Shown one piece after another: positions 60,259 through 64,000 of a stretch of DNA of 64,000 nt (its first letter is position 1; each line of letters starts with the position of its first letter). The stretch comes from the human T2T-CHM13v2.0 reference genome, Homo sapiens. A program made the translations under genes and the position numbers. The notes under the pieces were generated by a model. The model did not search any database and was not told where the DNA came from. It worked only from the letters and a program-made list of their open reading frames with translations. The stretch is taken from the NCBI RefSeq assembly GCF_009914755.1, contig NC_060930.1; one strand, given 5' to 3'.

Positions 60259-60425
60259 TTTTTTTTTTTTTTTTTTTGAGACAGGGTCTCATTCTGTTAC
60301 CCCGGCTGGAGTGCAATATTGCAATCATGGCTCAACAAATCCTCAATTTCCTGGGCTCAAGTGACCCTCCCGCCTCAGCCTCCCAAAGTGCTGAGATTAC
60401 TGGCATGAGCCACCACACCCAGCCT
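60259..60425 (-). mobile_element. Alu monomer (FRAM/FAM-like)
   Basis: Single antisense arm after poly-T. Confidence 0.8.
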
Positions 60426-61167
60426 CTTCCTTTTTTTCAAACTATTTAAAAAAAAAATTGCTGCCCCCTCTGACTCTCACTGTCTTCAATAATTTTCAAC
60501 TCTCCTGCATTTTTTTGTACTAATTGAAAAATTACTAATATTTTGGCCTATGACGTAATGCCACCAAGTCAAGATCATATCCAATATATTAATTCTTTTC
60601 CATGATTTCTCCTGATACCTCAAGCAAGTTGGGGGCTATTGTCAGAAATGTTGTTATATCTTTACTCATAAATTTTCCAATATTATCTACTTATAAAAAC
60701 AAAATATTTCCTTATCCCTACTATGAAAAATGCTTATACTAAATTAAAAGTATTATATAAAGTATTTTTATAAAAATTAACTATTTTTATATACTAAGTG
60801 TAAAAAATGAAGTATTGCTTCCCCACAATTAAGAACTGTTCATAGGCATTCTTAACATTCTATTGCTACTAAAATGTCATTAACTTCCTAGGCAAATGCA
60901 ATCCAATTCAAACAGAAAGAAAATCACAAGTTCTTACATAGATGGAAATGTAGTCACTTATAATTCCTCTGGGCTTATCCCTACTATTAACTTCTTTTCT
61001 TGGGAGCAAATGTTTAAAAACATTTTTAAATATTTGCTTCACCAAAGCACAAGCTTACTGGTTACAATTCACAGGCAAATTTAACCTTGTCATTCCTTGA
61101 CACGTTTCTACATGGATGTATTAGTAACATATATTTATATGATTACAGTATTTTCAAAACATCATAC

Positions 61168-61245
61168 CTGGCGTCTTTTCAAATAGTCAAGTGCAATTTG
61201 TACATTCTGTAGTCTGTGAAAACGCATCCGACCTTTTTCTCTGGG
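61168..61245 (-). CDS. DST: Dystonin coding exon, CH1 (PREKGRMRFHRLQNVQIALDYLKRRQ)
   Basis: 78 nt, phase 0/0. Acceptor ttcttAG, donor GTATG. Confidence 0.97.
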
Positions 61246-61655
61246 CTAAGAACAGAAAAATGCAGGTATGAAAAAGAGTTTCTGTTATCACAGACCATGC
61301 TAATTTAAATATAATTTCTGTTCATCTTAATATATCAAAACAGTATTTACCGTTTAGGTAAGGCCATAAGATTTTCTAAGAAGGTTTCAATTTCTTTATA
61401 TTGTCTGAGATTGAATGTAAACTACTAGGGATTTTTTTCCAAGTATGTTTTATTTAAACATATACTTTATGACAAATTTTTTGTTTAAACAAAAGGAAAA
61501 GAGAAGATGTTACAGAATATACAGACACTTAATATTTGGTAATAAAACAACGCTAGCCTACAATTATTTAGCTATGGAGGCACAAAAATAATTAAATATC
61601 ATTCATCATTTTACCTTCTTATTGAACACTATTAGCAAGAGGGTTTTTATAACTG

Positions 61656-61660
61656 TATAT

Positions 61661-61693
<33 letters not shown>

Positions 61694-61698
61694 CATAT
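61656..61698. repeat. (CA)n microsatellite with TA flanks
   Basis: Seen directly. Confidence 0.9.
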
Positions 61699-62927
61699 GG
61701 CATATTAATGAAAATGAGATAAAGTAGCATGCAGTTAGTATAAAAATCACCAAGAAGGAGAAAGACAGAGAAGGTTTACTTAGCCATGATAGAGAAAGAG
61801 AGAAAACCAATTAAAACCATATATTTCCTCTTTATTTTAGCTTTTTCACAAAAGTGGACACTACGATAATTAGAAAGGACTCTATACTCGTTTTATACTA
61901 CTTGGGGATGGAAACAATTATTTTCTCAGTCTCAGGAAAAGTGACAGATGAGAATTATTTTCCTTAATGCCATTTCCCTTAAGAAATGTTACAAGTTAGC
62001 ATGAAGGAAACAGAGGAAACAGAGCTGAGAAATGCTTAGCAAAAATACAAAAAATGGAGCTGAAATTTATCACATAAAATCTTCCAAAGGTAAAAAAGAA
62101 AAAAGACAATTGACAGCTTGGCTTCTTCAATATGTATAGGTTGCTGAAGCCAAAGGTGCCATAAGAAAACAGACAGCACACCACAGAAGGAAAAGTAAGC
62201 TCTGCATAACAAGTAGAAACGATGTTGATAAATTTACCCACTGGATCCAACAAAAGCACAATTTCCAGTAAAATCAAGGGGCACTAGGTATGTAGAAGAC
62301 AAAAGAAGAAGCACGTCTGTCTTGCAAAGGTAGGCTGCAGTCAACTAAGAGTCACGGAGATTAAACAGCTCTGTGAGTTCTGTTGGAATACTGGATTTTT
62401 AAATCTCCCTTTTAAATACATGTGATATATTAGAGAGGTAAAACATGTCCATCAAATACCTATTGCCAAGAGGTGTGGTTTAAAGCAGAAACTTAAATAC
62501 TAAAAAAAATTTCCCTAAGTTCTTTCATAAAAAGCAATAAATAGTTGCTATGTTTGAAATATCACTTCCAGAAACTGAATGAATTTGCACAAAAATTAGC
62601 AGACTTGTAAAATTTCCATGTTTATATACAATGTATATAAAATTGTTTAACTAAAATGCCATCATGTACTTTAAGTCTGTTTAATTACCATGCAGTGCAC
62701 AGTAATGTATAAATAATTCAATCATTTTAGCTCTCTGAAGATAATTTAAAGAGAAAATATTTCCTTTATCCAATTTTTTGGTACACACACATCTACCTCA
62801 ATGTGGGTTTTGGCCCTTTCTATGCTTTTCTAAAAAGGAGCCTGAACCCAGGAGTTACTTCTCTATCAGGTTAGCGCTCACCGCATGGGAACGGCTAGGT
62901 TAGTCAAGTTATGGGGGCGACACCTAC

Positions 62928-63026
62928 CCCCTTATCCTCATCCTCCACATCCTCATGCTGTTCATATTCGCATGCTTCTGTTGCACTCACCAATCGTAAG
63001 GTCTTCAAAAAATCTCGCTCCCTTGG
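62928..63026 (-). CDS. DST: Alternative cassette exon in CH1 with two donors: 36 nt (PRERDFLKTLRL, 62991-63026) or 99 nt (adds VSATEACEYEQHEDVEDEDKG)
   Basis: Pyrimidine-rich tract plus ttAG acceptor. Donors GTGAGT (62990-62985) and GTAGGT (62927-62922). Both forms are phase 0/0 and stop-free. The peptide resembles the plectin 3-alpha insert at the same position. Confidence 0.85.
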
Positions 63027-63562
63027 CTAATGAATATAACAGACAGAAGATAGGACAGCAAAGACACAAGACAGACCAGAAATGAAAAGAAGAGCATGAA
63101 CAGAACATAATGAAGGAGAACAGGTAACAAGAAGGGGAAGTAATGTTCACCAAAAAAAAAAAAAAAAAAATGACACCTGCGGAATGGGTTAGATCATTTT
63201 TCAGAAAGCAATGTTTATTTTCTTGCTATTTGTAAGTCTTTTAATATGTGGTTATATTATGCATCCAACTTCTGCTAAGCAAAAAAACCCAAAGGTAAAA
63301 AAGAAGCAAGAACAAAAATAGTATTTTAATTATAGAACTGATTATATAAGTGAAGTAATCAAAGTGCTTCAATCTCTCAAATTCACATCATTTGAAGTTT
63401 GAAAATGCTTAGGAATCTAACCAAAACTTCTTTTTCAGGCAGAATTCATAGCTCAAAAGATGAATGTTGCAAAAATCTGAATAGTCTGTACTGAAAACAT
63501 ACTGGTCCTATGCAGAAAAGATTACACGTTCTTCAAAATAAAATAAGAAAGTTAAAACTTAC

Positions 63563-63652
63563 CAAGGTATCTCCTGAAAGAACCTCTAGAAGAGAAATCA
63601 AATTGTGTCCATCCCTTAAGTCTTCATAGAGATCATTCACATGTTTTCGAAC
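63563..63652 (-). CDS. DST: Dystonin coding exon, CH1 domain ([30 protein letters not shown])
   Basis: 90 nt, phase 0/0. Acceptor ctttatAG, donor GTAAGT. The translation has the calponin-homology CH1 motif [17 protein letters not shown]. Confidence 0.97.
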
Positions 63653-64000
63653 CTATAAAGAGAAAAGCAAAATTTGGGGTCCTAGAACTCAGAATTATCC
63701 TTAACATTCTTAAACATAAAAAGGAGACAAGTAGAAAACATTCCTCACATGGTATTCATTCATGCACCTATTTTTAAATTTTTAAAATGCTTATTACTTA
63801 AAAACTAAATTTAATTTAAAAACTTAAAAAAGTGAATTTCAGATTAATAATTCAAGAAGACAATTCAAATTATTACATTTTTAAGACACCAGAACAAACA
63901 TAAGCCTGGACTACTACATGGGGTTACAATTCTTCAAATACGGACAATGCCCTGACTTTATTCATGATTCCCGATACAGTGACCAGTGCCACCTTAACAA

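Overview
This is mammalian (Alu-rich, primate, almost certainly human) genomic DNA lying entirely inside the dystonin gene DST (BPAG1, spectraplakin family), which is transcribed on the minus strand. I reconstructed 11 internal coding exons with canonical GT-AG ends and consistent phases. They encode most of the actin-binding CH1 domain, CH2 and the start of the plakin domain. There are also two internal alternative first coding exons: the myristoylation-type MGNVCGC exon (51661-52422), which omits CH1, and the epithelial BPAG1e exon MHSSSYSY (1909-2075) with its promoter. One cassette exon in CH1 has two in-frame donors (36 or 99 nt). The rest is intron filled with about 25 Alu copies or fragments, L1, L2, MIR, MaLR and ERV LTRs, MER1B and MADE1. 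Most short ORFs in the track are repeat-derived noise. I found no convincing new gene system. The most unusual signals are small-scale: a cluster of locally templated duplications, insertions and inversions between about 20 and 45 kb, a tailless U2 retropseudogene, an apparently L1-mobilised LTR 3' end, a head-to-head LTR composite, and a stop-free in-frame 93-nt intron. Repeat subfamily names and boundaries are by-eye calls from remembered consensus sequences.
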